Positions 17,242-26,906 of a stretch of 64,000 nt of DNA are shown piece by piece. Every line of letters begins with the position of its first letter. Position 1 is the first letter of the stretch. The position numbers and the translations under genes are program-made. The DNA comes from Vicinamibacteria bacterium (GTDB taxonomy: Bacteria > Acidobacteriota > Vicinamibacteria > Fen-336): assembly GCA_035570235.1 (NCBI GenBank), contig DATMML010000030.1, positions 74,681 to 138,680 on the forward strand, written 5' to 3'. The notes under the pieces are model-generated. The model was given only the letters and a program-made list of their open reading frames with translations. It did no database searches and was not told the origin of the DNA.

Positions 17242-18015
17242 ATGCAACAACGCTTCCAGTTCTTGACCATCGAGAACGACGGCGTAGCGGCTCGCATCAT
17301 CCTTCGCCGCCCGCCCCTGAACGTGCTGCACCTGGAGATGATCCAGGAGCTGAACCGGGCTCTGCGCGGGGTCCGGCCGGAAGGGGGCCTGCGCGCGATC
17401 GTTTTCTCCGCCGAGGGCAAGGCCTTCAGTGCGGGAGTTTCGGTCGAGGACCATTTTCCGGGTCGTGCGGCGGCGATGTTGGACGCATTTCACGAGATCT
17501 TCCGCCGTCTCCAAGCTCTCTGCTGCCCGACGATCGCAGCCGTGCAGGGGGCAGCGCTGGGTGGCGGCTGCGAGCTGGCCGGCTTCGCGGACTGGGTAAT
17601 AGCCAGCGAGACCGCCACCTTCGGCCTCCCCGAAATTAGGCTCGGATCCCTTCCTCCGCTGGCGGCCGTGCACTTCCCCCACCGCATCGGCCGCGCCCGC
17701 ACGTTGCAACTCATGCTCTCCGGCGAAACCCTGGGGGCGCGAGAGGCGGAGCAAATAGGCCTCGTTGACCGCGTGGTCCGTCCCCAGCGGCTCGGGGCCA
17801 CTGTGGAAGAGACGGTCGAGCGCCTTCGGGAAAAGAGCGGACCCGTCCTCCGCCTCGCCAAGCAGGCCGTGCTCCTCGCTGAAGGCCAAAACTTCGAGCA
17901 TGGCCTCTCCAGAGTGGAGCACCTCTTCCTCAAGAAGGTCATGAAGACACGCGACGCGAAAGAAGGTCTGCGCGCGTTCCTCGAGAAACGCCCTCCAGAA
18001 TGGACGCACCGGTGA
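17242..18015 (+). CDS. Enoyl-CoA hydratase/isomerase (crotonase) family protein
   Basis: Crotonase fold signatures (…IVFSAEGKAFSAGVSVEDHF…, AAVQGAALGGGCELAGFADWVIASE). Confidence 0.85.
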   Translation: MQQRFQFLTIENDGVAARIILRRPPLNVLHLEMIQELNRALRGVRPEGGLRAIVFSAEGKAFSAGVSVEDHFPGRAAAMLDAFHEIFRRLQALCCPTIAAVQGAALGGGCELAGFADWVIASETATFGLPEIRLGSLPPLAAVHFPHRIGRARTLQLMLSGETLGAREAEQIGLVDRVVRPQRLGATVEETVERLREKSGPVLRLAKQAVLLAEGQNFEHGLSRVEHLFLKKVMKTRDAKEGLRAFLEKRPPEWTHR

Positions 18016-18054
18016 CGGCAGTTGGATGGGTGGACTCGAGACCGGGGCTTTAGG

Positions 18055-18717
18055 TCAACCGACCACTTCGCGCGCGAAGGCCTGACCCAGCTTCGCGACC
18101 AAAGGGGCCATTCTCGACGCCGCTTCTTCGCTTAGGCTTTGCTGATCCGCCGGCGCGCTCGCTTCCCTCATCCACTCCCTCGCCATGGCCGCCGTGGCCT
18201 CCACATGGAACTGGAGGCCCAAGGCGCTCCCCAGACGGAAGGCCTGGTGTGGGTAGAGCTCGGAGGAGGCAAGCTGGACTGAGCCCTGGGGAAGGTCAAA
18301 CGTGTCCCGGTGCCAGTGGAGGGGCGCGAAGCGCGACGGCCAGTCCGCAAGCCACGGATCCTCGGCCAGGCGAATTACCGGCCACCATCCGACCTCGGGC
18401 GCAGGCCCCGCGTAGACCCGTGCGCCTCCGGCCGCAGCGAGTAGCTGGCTGCCCAGGCAAACGGCGAGGGTCGGAAGCCGAGCGTTCAGGGCCTCGCGCA
18501 GGAGCGCGATCTCCAGCGAAAGGAAAGGAAAGCGGTCGGCCTCGTAGACGCCCATGCTACCGCCCATCACGATGAGCCCCCCGTAGCCGCCGAGGGAGCC
18601 CGGAAGCGAGTCAGGAGCGAGACGGGTGTCGGTCCTGAGCCCGGCGGCACCGATGGGCTCAGCGAGCGCGCCGAGCGGCTCGGACTCGCTGTGCAGGACA
18701 ACCAGGATGCGTTTCAC
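18055..18717 (-). CDS. Class I glutamine amidotransferase-like protein
   Basis: Nucleophile elbow LAVCLGSQLLA and His/Glu (LQFHVEA) of the GATase1 triad. Confidence 0.7.
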   Translation of the reverse strand: MKRILVVLHSESEPLGALAEPIGAAGLRTDTRLAPDSLPGSLGGYGGLIVMGGSMGVYEADRFPFLSLEIALLREALNARLPTLAVCLGSQLLAAAGGARVYAGPAPEVGWWPVIRLAEDPWLADWPSRFAPLHWHRDTFDLPQGSVQLASSELYPHQAFRLGSALGLQFHVEATAAMAREWMREASAPADQQSLSEEAASRMAPLVAKLGQAFAREVVG

Positions 18718-18748
18718 GGACGGGCAGCCTCCGGGATCACGCCTCTCG

Positions 18749-19756
18749 TCAGAAGGCCTTCGACAGCCCGGTCAGGAAGGCTACCCGGGGACCGAGCTGG
18801 CCCTCGTTGACGTAGCGATAAGGGACGAAGAGAACAAAACCGTAAAGCGAGACCTCGCGGGACACGTTCAACCTTAAGCCCGGCGTCAGGTAGACAAACG
18901 TGCTCCCGGTCGAGGGGACACCCTGGGCCAGGTACCGGTTTCGATCCTCATGAAAGAGCTTTGCCTGCAGCGAGGCGGAAAGGCTCTTGCTAAGGGCGCG
19001 AGCCGCGCCGGCGACCACGATAGCCTGGTTGCCGAACCGGTAGTCCAGGCTGTTGGTGGTGGTCGCCTGGTACGAGCCGGCGAGGGACCATCGGAGGTGC
19101 ATGAGCTCGGCAGGCAGAGAGTATTGAAGCGAGGCCACGAAGTCCACGGAGCCCGTGCCCGGCTGGAGGGTGGGATCCTGTATTCCACCGCCGAATTCCC
19201 CGCCGATCCGGTAGGGCCCGGTGGGGAACTTGATGGAGAGACCACCGACCATGCCTCGGAGGCCCAGGGCGGAGCGAAGACCGAGGAGGACATCCCCCAC
19301 GCCGGTCGTACCGTACTCCTGCTGCAGACTCCCGTGTGAGACCTCGTGCGCGTGCCAGGTGGCAACGGGCAGGGAAGCCACCAGATTGAAGCGGCTTGCG
19401 AGGCCGTATACCGCGTCGAACTGGACTATCCGGTCGTAGCCGTTGATGTCCCGGTGGAAGGCGGGAAAGATCAGCTGATGCTCAAGATCCACACGCGGCC
19501 GAAAGACGCTGTCGACTTCCTGGCTCCCCCGCAAGAGCAGCCCTTGGTCGGTGTAGCCGAAAGACAGGTCCAGTCGAAGTTTCTTCTTGGCGATCAAGCC
19601 GTTATCGCCCCGGGTGAGGAGAGAGCAACTTGAGGAGTCGCAAGGCAGCGCCGGGGATCCGGCACTCAATAGCCCGATGCCCAGCACGGTCACGAAGAGG
19701 GCTCTGCCTTTCGGCGTCACCCGAGATGGCCCGTCTGTTCCCATCCGTCTTGTCAT
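18749..19756 (-). CDS. Outer-membrane beta-barrel protein (MetA-pathway / phenol-degradation-like transporter family, putative). The start is M23 or M27 of the track ORF.
   Basis: Signal peptide (…KGRALFVTVLGIGLLSAGSPA). Alternating amphipathic beta-strand pattern. C-terminal aromatic residue (…LTGLSKAF). Confidence 0.45.
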   Translation of the reverse strand: MTRRMGTDGPSRVTPKGRALFVTVLGIGLLSAGSPALPCDSSSCSLLTRGDNGLIAKKKLRLDLSFGYTDQGLLLRGSQEVDSVFRPRVDLEHQLIFPAFHRDINGYDRIVQFDAVYGLASRFNLVASLPVATWHAHEVSHGSLQQEYGTTGVGDVLLGLRSALGLRGMVGGLSIKFPTGPYRIGGEFGGGIQDPTLQPGTGSVDFVASLQYSLPAELMHLRWSLAGSYQATTTNSLDYRFGNQAIVVAGAARALSKSLSASLQAKLFHEDRNRYLAQGVPSTGSTFVYLTPGLRLNVSREVSLYGFVLFVPYRYVNEGQLGPRVAFLTGLSKAF

Positions 19757-19766
19757 TGCCGTTCCG

Positions 19767-20258
19767 CTAGTGGATGACGAGCAACCCCTTGAAGGCGAAG
19801 TTCGTGGGTGCCCCGGCGTCATGGAAGGCGCAGATGATTCCGCTCCGCGTGATCGTCACCGTGCCGTTTTGCCCCGGTTCCAGCGTCGGCAACTGGTTCA
19901 TCTCCGGGCAGTCCCCGTCGCCCAACTCCAGCGCCGCCTCGAACTTATGCGCCACATGGTCTTCATTCGTGACCTTTACGCCCACCGGTGCATCAAGATG
20001 CAACGTCTGGGGATCCACGCCGGCGGCGGACACGGTCACGGCCGGATTGGGGGACCTCGGCTGGGAGGGATCGAGCAGGGAATTCGTGGGCGGCGCCGTT
20101 ATGCTGGAGCCGCAGGCGGTTGAACAGAGAAGGGCAAGCACAGCCGGCGCGTGGCGGGGGCGGATGAGCTTGGCCGCGGAGGCTCCGCGGCCGTGCCGGC
20201 CGCCGAGGACAAAAACCCAATCCACGGACACAGGATAGCCCTTTCTGGGCACGGCCAC
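19767..20258 (-). CDS. Putative cupredoxin-like lipoprotein; the start is uncertain
   Basis: Lipobox-like LALLCSTACGSS. H (HVAHKF) … C-x2-H (IICAFHD) spacing reminiscent of type-1 copper sites but lacking an axial Met. Low confidence. Confidence 0.35.
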   Translation of the reverse strand: MAVPRKGYPVSVDWVFVLGGRHGRGASAAKLIRPRHAPAVLALLCSTACGSSITAPPTNSLLDPSQPRSPNPAVTVSAAGVDPQTLHLDAPVGVKVTNEDHVAHKFEAALELGDGDCPEMNQLPTLEPGQNGTVTITRSGIICAFHDAGAPTNFAFKGLLVIH

Positions 20259-20297
20259 ACGCGCGTCGCCGCCGCTTGCGTCGCTCCCGCCCTGGAA

Positions 20298-20732
20298 CTA
20301 CTTCGCGGGCATGTCCGTCTTCAAGATCCGAAGCAACAACTGAAAACGCGAGCGGATCCGCTGCAGCTCGCCCCGGTTCGCCATCGCGACCCGAAGCAGC
20401 TTTGCGTTTCCGCGCGGCGTCAGCTTCACGTAGACGCGCCTCCGGTCGTCTCGCCCCTCCTCCCGTCTCACCAGTCCCAAAGAGGCGAGGCGGTCAACGA
20501 GGCCGACGGCACTGTGGTGCCGAACCTGGAGACGTTCGGCCAGTTCACCGATGTTGAGTCCCTTGCCCCCCCGGAAACCCCTGAGGGTCAGGAGGGCCAG
20601 GTACTGCTGAGGTTTCAAACCTGCGACGCGACCGGCCTCTTCGCTGAAGCGGAGGAATTGGCGGAGGGCGTAGCGGAACCCGGCGAGGGCCTCGTACTCC
20701 GCCTGGCTCACCTTGGGGGCCCTCGTCAACAT
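20298..20732 (-). CDS. MarR-family transcriptional regulator
   Basis: Winged-HTH region LTLRGFRGGKGLNIGELAERLQVRHHSAVGLVDRLASLGLVRREEGRDDRRRVYVKLTPRG. Confidence 0.8.
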   Translation of the reverse strand: MLTRAPKVSQAEYEALAGFRYALRQFLRFSEEAGRVAGLKPQQYLALLTLRGFRGGKGLNIGELAERLQVRHHSAVGLVDRLASLGLVRREEGRDDRRRVYVKLTPRGNAKLLRVAMANRGELQRIRSRFQLLLRILKTDMPAK

Positions 20733-20820
20733 GGTTCTCCGCGGCCCTCCCACCCTGCGCCGCCCATTATAGGGGAGGCGGGGCCACCCCGGATTTGGGG
20801 AAGGAAGGGGTGAGGGGCCC

Positions 20821-20850
20821 TTGTCATCATATCGTATTCCGATATATATT
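20821..20850 (+). promoter_or_regulatory. Candidate promoter placing the TSS at or next to the ClC start codon (leaderless transcript)
   Basis: TTGTCA at 20821-20826, a 17-18-nt spacer, then ATATAT/TATATT at 20844-20850, then …tgagcATGgac with the ATG at 20855. AT-rich island in a GC-rich context. Confidence 0.35.
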
Positions 20851-20854
20851 GAGC

Positions 20855-22699
20855 ATGGACATGAAGAAGGATGGAGGGGAGCGGCTGGGCGACTTCACGA
20901 CCACGCCCCGGGTCCTTCTCGTCTCTGCCATCGCGCTTGGGATCGGCGCCCTGAGCGCCTTTGTCGCCCTCGCCCTACTCCGCTTGATCGGGCTCTTCAC
21001 CAACATCTTCTTTTTCCAGCGCTGGGATGTCGCCCTCGTCTCCCCCGCGAGGCACCACCTGGGGCTCCTTGTGATCTTGGTGCCGGTCCTGGGGGCGCTC
21101 GTCGTGGGTCTGATGGCCCGTTACGGCTCCGAGCGCATCCGGGGTCACGGCATTCCCGAGGCCATCGAGGCCATCCTGCTCAAGGGCGGGAGGGTGGAGC
21201 CCAAGGTCGCGCTCCTGAAGCCTCTCTCCGCCGCAATCTCGATCGGATCTGGAGGGCCGTTCGGAGCGGAGGGGCCCATCATCATGACGGGAGGCGCCTT
21301 TGGCTCGATGGTGGCTCAGCTCTTCCACCTCACCAGCACGGAACGGCGCACGCTGCTGGTCGCGGGAGCGGCCGCGGGGATGGCGGCCACCTTTGCCTCC
21401 CCGTTGGCGGCGGTACTGCTGTCGGTCGAGCTGCTTCTCTTCGAGTGGAAGCCCCGCAGCCTGATCCCGGTGGCCATGGCCACTGCCATCGCGACCGCGG
21501 TCCGGCACCGCCTCCTCGGCGAGGGCCCCCTCTTTCCCACCCCAGCCCACCCGACCTTCATCGGCTCCGAGGGCCTGCTGGCCTGCGCACTCGTGGGTTT
21601 GCTGGCCGGCGTCCTCTCCGTCCTCTTGACCCTCGCCGTATACGCAGCCGAGGATGCGTTTGCCCGCCTGCCGATCCACTGGATGTGGTGGCCGGCGCTG
21701 GGAGGCCTCGCCATCGGGGTGGGGGGCCTGATCTTCCCCCAGGCCCTGGGGGTCGGCTACGAGACGATCGGCGGGCTTCTCCAGGGCGACGTGCCCCGGC
21801 AGGTGATCCTGGGGGTCCTGCTCGTGAAGTCGGTGATCTGGGCGGTATCGTTGGGCTCGGGCACTTCGGGCGGGGTCCTGGCCCCCCTCCTCATGATGGG
21901 GGGGGCGCTCGGCGGGCTGGAGGCCGCCTTCCTGCCTGGGGAGGGGGCGGGCTTCTGGCCCCTGGTGAGTATGGGGGCCATCTTGGGCGGAACCATGCGC
22001 TCCCCCCTCACGGGCGTCATCTTTGCGATCGAGCTCACCCACGACCTCAACGTGGCCCTCCCCCTGCTTCTTGCCGCGGTGGTCGCCCACGCCTTCACCG
22101 TACTCACCTTGCGCCGCTCCATCCTCACCGAGAAGGTGAGCCGGCGCGGCTATCACCTGAGCCGTGAGTACGCGGTCGATCCCCTGGAGATCCTATTCGT
22201 GCGGGAGGTCATGCGCACCAACATGGCCGCCCTGCCCGCGCGCATGAGCCTTCACGAACTGGCGCTCTCCCTCCACGGCGCCCACGATGGGCGGGGCCAG
22301 CGCCTCTACCCGGTGGTGGACCAGGTGGGCCGCCTCGTGGGGGTGGCCACCCGCAGGCGCCTCCAGGAGCTGATCCGGGCGGCGGGGTCCGAGGCCTCGA
22401 GCCGCCGGCTCGGAGACGTGGACCTCACCAAGGCGGTCGTCGCCTACCCCGACGAGCCGTTGCGGGTGGTTGTCTACCGGATGGCGGAGACCGGGCTCAC
22501 GCGCTTTCCGGTCGTGGACCGGGAGGACCCCGGAATGCTGGTGGGCCTGATCTCCCTGCGGGATCTGCTCAAGGCCAGGGTCCTGAACCTGGAGGCGGAA
22601 CGCCGGCGGGAACGCGTCCTGCCCCTGCACCTCCTCTTCCCGCGGCGCTCGCATTCGCGTACGGCCGTCAACCCACAATCGCTCAACAAAGGAGGGTGA
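20855..22699 (+). CDS. ClC-family chloride channel / H+-Cl- antiporter with C-terminal CBS pair
   Basis: Selectivity motifs GSGGPFGAEGP, GTSGGVLAP and GGTMRSPLTG. C-terminal CBS-like region. Confidence 0.85.
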   Translation: MDMKKDGGERLGDFTTTPRVLLVSAIALGIGALSAFVALALLRLIGLFTNIFFFQRWDVALVSPARHHLGLLVILVPVLGALVVGLMARYGSERIRGHGIPEAIEAILLKGGRVEPKVALLKPLSAAISIGSGGPFGAEGPIIMTGGAFGSMVAQLFHLTSTERRTLLVAGAAAGMAATFASPLAAVLLSVELLLFEWKPRSLIPVAMATAIATAVRHRLLGEGPLFPTPAHPTFIGSEGLLACALVGLLAGVLSVLLTLAVYAAEDAFARLPIHWMWWPALGGLAIGVGGLIFPQALGVGYETIGGLLQGDVPRQVILGVLLVKSVIWAVSLGSGTSGGVLAPLLMMGGALGGLEAAFLPGEGAGFWPLVSMGAILGGTMRSPLTGVIFAIELTHDLNVALPLLLAAVVAHAFTVLTLRRSILTEKVSRRGYHLSREYAVDPLEILFVREVMRTNMAALPARMSLHELALSLHGAHDGRGQRLYPVVDQVGRLVGVATRRRLQELIRAAGSEASSRRLGDVDLTKAVVAYPDEPLRVVVYRMAETGLTRFPVVDREDPGMLVGLISLRDLLKARVLNLEAERRRERVLPLHLLFPRRSHSRTAVNPQSLNKGG

Positions 22700-22701
22700 A
22701 A

Positions 22702-23313
22702 ATGGAACACGTGCTGCCGAACCTGCCTTATGGCCTGAACGCTCTCGCCCCCCATCTCTCGGGGGAGACCCTCGAGTACCACTGGGGGAAGCACCACCGG
22801 GCCTACGTCGACAACCTGAACGCACAGATCATCGGGACCCGCTTTGCCCGCTACACGCTGGAGGAGATCGTCCGCCGGTCCGCGGGAACGATCTTCCACA
22901 ACGCGGCCCAGCACTTTAACCACAGCTTCTACTGGAACTGCCTGAGCCCACAGGGGGGCGGCGAGCCGGACGGGCACCTCGCGGATGCGCTCCGCAAGCG
23001 CTACGGTTCGTTTGGGGCTTTCCGCGCCACCTTCGCCAAGAACGCTCTCGCGCTCTTCGGTAGCGGCTGGTGCTGGCTGGTCTGCAGGGAGGACGGCAAA
23101 CTGGAGATCGAGGAGGCGCCGGATGCAGACTGCCCGCTCACCTCGGGCGCCACTCCCCTGCTGACCTGCGACCTTTGGGAGCACGCCTACTACATCGACT
23201 ACCGCAATGCGCGCGCCCGCTACCTCGATGCCTTCTGGAGGTTGACGAACTGGCGCTTCGCCGAGGAGAAATTCGTGGCCGCCGAGCAGACCGCCGAGAC
23301 CACCCGGGCTTAA
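22702..23313 (+). CDS. Fe/Mn superoxide dismutase
   Basis: RBS ggaggg. HVLPNLPYGLNALAPHLSGETLEYHWGKHHRAYVDNLN … DLWEHAYYIDYRNARARYLDAFW. Starts 2 nt after the ClC stop. Confidence 0.9.
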   Translation: MEHVLPNLPYGLNALAPHLSGETLEYHWGKHHRAYVDNLNAQIIGTRFARYTLEEIVRRSAGTIFHNAAQHFNHSFYWNCLSPQGGGEPDGHLADALRKRYGSFGAFRATFAKNALALFGSGWCWLVCREDGKLEIEEAPDADCPLTSGATPLLTCDLWEHAYYIDYRNARARYLDAFWRLTNWRFAEEKFVAAEQTAETTRA

Positions 23314-23499
23314 GGGCGTCGCCGTCCCGGATAGGCTTGGAAACGAAGCTCCCGTCAAGCCCGAATTCGCGCGGCAGAGCGGGGGACTAGCAACTCCCAC
23401 CGCGGGGAATCGTGAAGACACCTCGTCCGGCCGGGACCGGTCCAGAGGGGCCGGGAGCCCGTGTTTGGCTTCCCGCCCCCGGGTGAACCCGCCCCCGAC

Positions 23500-24018
23500 T
23501 TAACCCTGAACCGGAGCCGGCGGCTTCCCCGGAGCCTCGGGGTTGGGCTGCCCGTCCTTTTGGCCGCCGCGCCGGCCGCGGTGGCGATGGGAGTGGTGAG
23601 CGGCCTTGAACGCATCAAACTTCGTCTTTTGGTCGGGGGTCAGGGTGCTGGCCAGGCGGGTCTCGAAGGCCGTGTGCGCGGCCTTCATCTTCTCCCGATG
23701 GTTCTTCAGGGCCAAGGTGGCCTCCCCGACGGCGGTGGCATCGGGATTCTCGGCGCTCATCGCCGCCTTCAAGCGCTCGTGCAGCTGTTGGTGTTCCTGC
23801 CGCAGGGGCTCGACCTCCGCCTTGTGCTGTTCGAACAGGGACTTCCAGGTCGCCTGCTGGTCCGCGGTCAGACCCAAGTAGTCAGCAGCGCGCCCCAAGC
23901 GTCGCTCCCCGCCGCGGCTTTGGCCGGTGTCCGCCGGGGCCCCGGCGCTCGCCGCCATGACCGGGGTCACGGCCAGAGCGACCCCCAAAATACTGATTCC
24001 AAAGCTCTTACTATTCAT
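23500..24018 (-). CDS. Periplasmic Spy/CpxP/ZraP-like (LTxxQ motif) stress chaperone
   Basis: RBS ggaggag. Signal peptide MNSKSFGISILGVALAVTPVMAASA. Two LTxxQ motifs (LGLTADQQATW, LTPDQKTKF). Confidence 0.6.
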   Translation of the reverse strand: MNSKSFGISILGVALAVTPVMAASAGAPADTGQSRGGERRLGRAADYLGLTADQQATWKSLFEQHKAEVEPLRQEHQQLHERLKAAMSAENPDATAVGEATLALKNHREKMKAAHTAFETRLASTLTPDQKTKFDAFKAAHHSHRHRGRRGGQKDGQPNPEAPGKPPAPVQG

Positions 24019-24158
24019 TCTTCTCCTCCAGCACCATTCCTTTAGACACGGGGACCGCCTATCGCGTTGAAACACATGCAGGATTACCCGGACGGGGAAC
24101 ACCAGGTTCGTGGGGGAACCTTCCTAAATCGCTGGCGCGCAAGGCGTTTGGCGAGAGC

Positions 24159-26906
24159 TCAGGGGCGGTCATTCAGGTATTTTAGCCAGCGGGTGACGAG
24201 CTGATGTTGCGGGCCTTTGGCCGCCTCGTAGCTCCGAGCGTAACGGGCGAAGCGCTCGCGCTCGCTTGCCAGGGAATTGGCTCTTTCACCCGTCGCCTGG
24301 GCATCGAACATCAGCCTGAGCGCCACGAAGAGCGCCCCGAGGTCGTCGCCCTGGGCATCGAGGTGCCGGTTCAATGAGGTGAGGGCCTCCCCTCGACGCC
24401 CCGCCATGGCGTAAGCCAGGCCGAGGCTGCGGTCGAGCCCTCGGTCGCCCGCCGCTTGCGCCTCGCCCAGCAGCTCGACGGCCGCGTCGGGGTCGTCCGT
24501 GCGCAGGAGCGCCTCCCCCAGCAACCGGCGGAGCCGGGGCGCGCCGCTCTCCACGGCCAGGGCCGTCTGCCAGGCGCCCACCGCCTGGGCGTCGTCCCCC
24601 CCCGCGGCCCGGCAGGCGCCCATGAAGAACGCCGCGGCCACAAACTCGGAGGATTTCCGCAGCGCGTGTTGAAGCTGGGTCTCGGCCGGGCGAAGCTCGC
24701 CCCGGGCAAGGTAGGCGAGGCCGCGCAGGAACGCGACGTCGAGGCTGTCGCTGGTGACGTCCTTGAGGTCATCCAGGACCGCCTCGAGGCGGCCAGAGGC
24801 CGCGTGGGCCCGCGCCTCCTGGACGGCCCGGGTGGCGGGCGGACCGACCAGGGTCTCCAGCCGCCCCAGGAAATACGCGACCACCTCGGGCCGCAGAGCG
24901 TCCGTACGATCAAAGCGCGGAAGCACGGGGCCGAGCTCGCGGGCGGGCATGCGCCGCGCGGGCCCAACCTCCCCCTCCACGGAGGCGAGCCGCGCTCGCA
25001 CCTTGAAGGGGCGCAGGGAGCTCACAGCCGGATGATCCCCGACCGAGAGCGAGGCGCGCGCAAAGTAGTCGCCAGGGGGAAGCACACCGACGTCCAGAAC
25101 GGCTTGGAAGGGACGGCGGCGGGGCGCCGCTTCGGGCGGGCCCTCCGGGGCTTTGACCTCGAGCAAGGGAGGGCCTTTGGGCTCCTCCGCGACCTCGAAG
25201 GTCACGCGCGCCCCGGCCAGGGGGGCCGCCTCCCGCGCATAGATCTCGACGAAGGCCAAAAGCTTTCCGTCGCTCTCGGGTGCGATTCGCACGCGCAGCT
25301 CGGTGCCCTCGCCGGGCTCGGAAAGCACGAGGTCGCCCATTTCGATCCCGGAGACGGCCTGGAGCCCGGCTTTCAAGCGATGCTCCACGCTCCCCCGTCG
25401 GCCGCGCGCGTCGAGGGCGGCAACCTTGAGTGTGTAATCACCGGCCGGAACCTCGGCCGCGGCCAGGAACGACCGTGATTCCGGGAGGGCGGCCGTGCCG
25501 CTCGCAACCGCCCCCCCCTTCCCGTCGAGGAGCACGTAGGCAAGCTTGACCGAGCCCGCACCCGCTTCGCCGCCGACCTCGGCATTCAGCAGAAGGCGTA
25601 CCCCTGGCTTTGCTGGATCGCGGCCGTTGTAGGCTGTGACCCGCAGGGGGAGCTCGCTGACCGCGAAGGGCGAACGCAGCAGGCGGCCCAGCACCTCGCT
25701 CGCATTGACCAGGGACGCGGCGTGAGGGATCCGCACAAAGGGTCGGGCGCGGGCGCTCAGGCCGCTCCCCCCCACCCGAACCCGCACCTCGTGGGAGCGA
25801 TCGTCGCGGTCCGCTTCCTCCGGCTCGAAAGCGAGCACGTAGTAGCCCGTCAGCTCGCGCGCGATGCGATCAAAGACTCCCTCGCCCGTGCCCGCGATCC
25901 TGAAGACGCGGCCGCGGGTGAGGGAGGCGAGGGCGTCCAGGCCCTGGCCCAGGTGCTGCGCGTCTTCCATCTCGCCGGTCGCGGGAGCGGCGCGGCTGGC
26001 GTCGGCCACCGCATTCGGCTCGACGCGCACGACGTAAAGGGTGACCCGGCTCGCCTCCGCGGTCTGGGCGATCTCCCGGATGGCCGCGGCCCGCTGCGGG
26101 TCTAGGCCCTGGGACAGGAGCACCACCGTCTTGGGGCCCTCGAGGCCGCCCAGAGCCGTGAAGAGGCTGCGCAGGGTGTCGAGGGCAACGTCGGAATTGC
26201 GGCGGAACTCGGTGGAAAGCCCGCGCGCCTCCTCCGTGAGGATGGCGACGCACGCCTCGTGGTCGCGCAGGGGCAGGGTCGGCGGGCACTCGCGGACCAG
26301 AACCTCGCTCCAGCGGGAGGGATCGTCGTCGAGAGCAAGGGACTCCGTGAGCCCCAGGCGCCTCCCCGAGACTTGTCCGCGGGCGACCACCCGCGCGAGA
26401 GCACGCCGCACCTCGGCGTGCTCGGCGGTGAGCTCTACCCGGGACCCGGGGGGAGGGAAGGTCAGAAGGCCCACGCGGTCTGCCGGCGTCAAGCGGTCGA
26501 GAAGACGGTCCGCAGCGGCCGTGACCGCGCGCAGGGGGCCGGGGCGCGTGCTTCCCTGGTCGACGGCGATGACCACCAGCCGCCCCCTCACCGCACCCTC
26601 GTTGGTGCTGTAGGCGGCGGGCGCCGCCTTATCCGTGGGCCCCGTGACCCCTTCCTCGCCTAGGGGGACGAATGCCGCGGACACAATAGGCCGCGACCGG
26701 CCGTCCACCTCGAGCCGGAAGTCCTCCGGGGTGAGGTCGCGCACCGGGCGGCCCCGCGCATCCACCACCGAAACTTCGACCAGCACGAGCGCCGCCTCGG
26801 CGGGAAACGAGGGCGGCCTGGAGGGCTGCTGGGCCAAGGCGGCGCCGCTCAAGACCAGGCTCGCCCAGAGCGGGCCGGCGGCGGCCGCTCCTGCCACCCC
26901 CCTCAT
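24159..26906 (-). CDS. Secreted VWA-domain protein with two Ig-like beta-sandwich domains and C-terminal TPR repeats (TIGR03436-like / BatB-like)
   Basis: Signal peptide MRGVAGAAAAGPLWASLVLSGAALAQQ. N-terminal VxVxVVDxxGRPVRDLTPEDFRLEVDG module, then VWA (LVVIAVDQGSTRPG…). PAGDYTLKVAALD and PPGDYFARASLSV modules. Ala/Leu-rich TPR C-terminus. Overlaps the upstream gene as ATGA. Confidence 0.75.
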   Translation of the reverse strand: MRGVAGAAAAGPLWASLVLSGAALAQQPSRPPSFPAEAALVLVEVSVVDARGRPVRDLTPEDFRLEVDGRSRPIVSAAFVPLGEEGVTGPTDKAAPAAYSTNEGAVRGRLVVIAVDQGSTRPGPLRAVTAAADRLLDRLTPADRVGLLTFPPPGSRVELTAEHAEVRRALARVVARGQVSGRRLGLTESLALDDDPSRWSEVLVRECPPTLPLRDHEACVAILTEEARGLSTEFRRNSDVALDTLRSLFTALGGLEGPKTVVLLSQGLDPQRAAAIREIAQTAEASRVTLYVVRVEPNAVADASRAAPATGEMEDAQHLGQGLDALASLTRGRVFRIAGTGEGVFDRIARELTGYYVLAFEPEEADRDDRSHEVRVRVGGSGLSARARPFVRIPHAASLVNASEVLGRLLRSPFAVSELPLRVTAYNGRDPAKPGVRLLLNAEVGGEAGAGSVKLAYVLLDGKGGAVASGTAALPESRSFLAAAEVPAGDYTLKVAALDARGRRGSVEHRLKAGLQAVSGIEMGDLVLSEPGEGTELRVRIAPESDGKLLAFVEIYAREAAPLAGARVTFEVAEEPKGPPLLEVKAPEGPPEAAPRRRPFQAVLDVGVLPPGDYFARASLSVGDHPAVSSLRPFKVRARLASVEGEVGPARRMPARELGPVLPRFDRTDALRPEVVAYFLGRLETLVGPPATRAVQEARAHAASGRLEAVLDDLKDVTSDSLDVAFLRGLAYLARGELRPAETQLQHALRKSSEFVAAAFFMGACRAAGGDDAQAVGAWQTALAVESGAPRLRRLLGEALLRTDDPDAAVELLGEAQAAGDRGLDRSLGLAYAMAGRRGEALTSLNRHLDAQGDDLGALFVALRLMFDAQATGERANSLASERERFARYARSYEAAKGPQHQLVTRWLKYLNDRP

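Noticed and set aside
20975-22156. 393-aa minus ORF inside the ClC gene
   Set aside because: It is antisense to the ClC coding sequence, which has textbook GSGGP/GTSGG selectivity motifs. The product is Gly/Arg/Asp/Glu-rich low-complexity.
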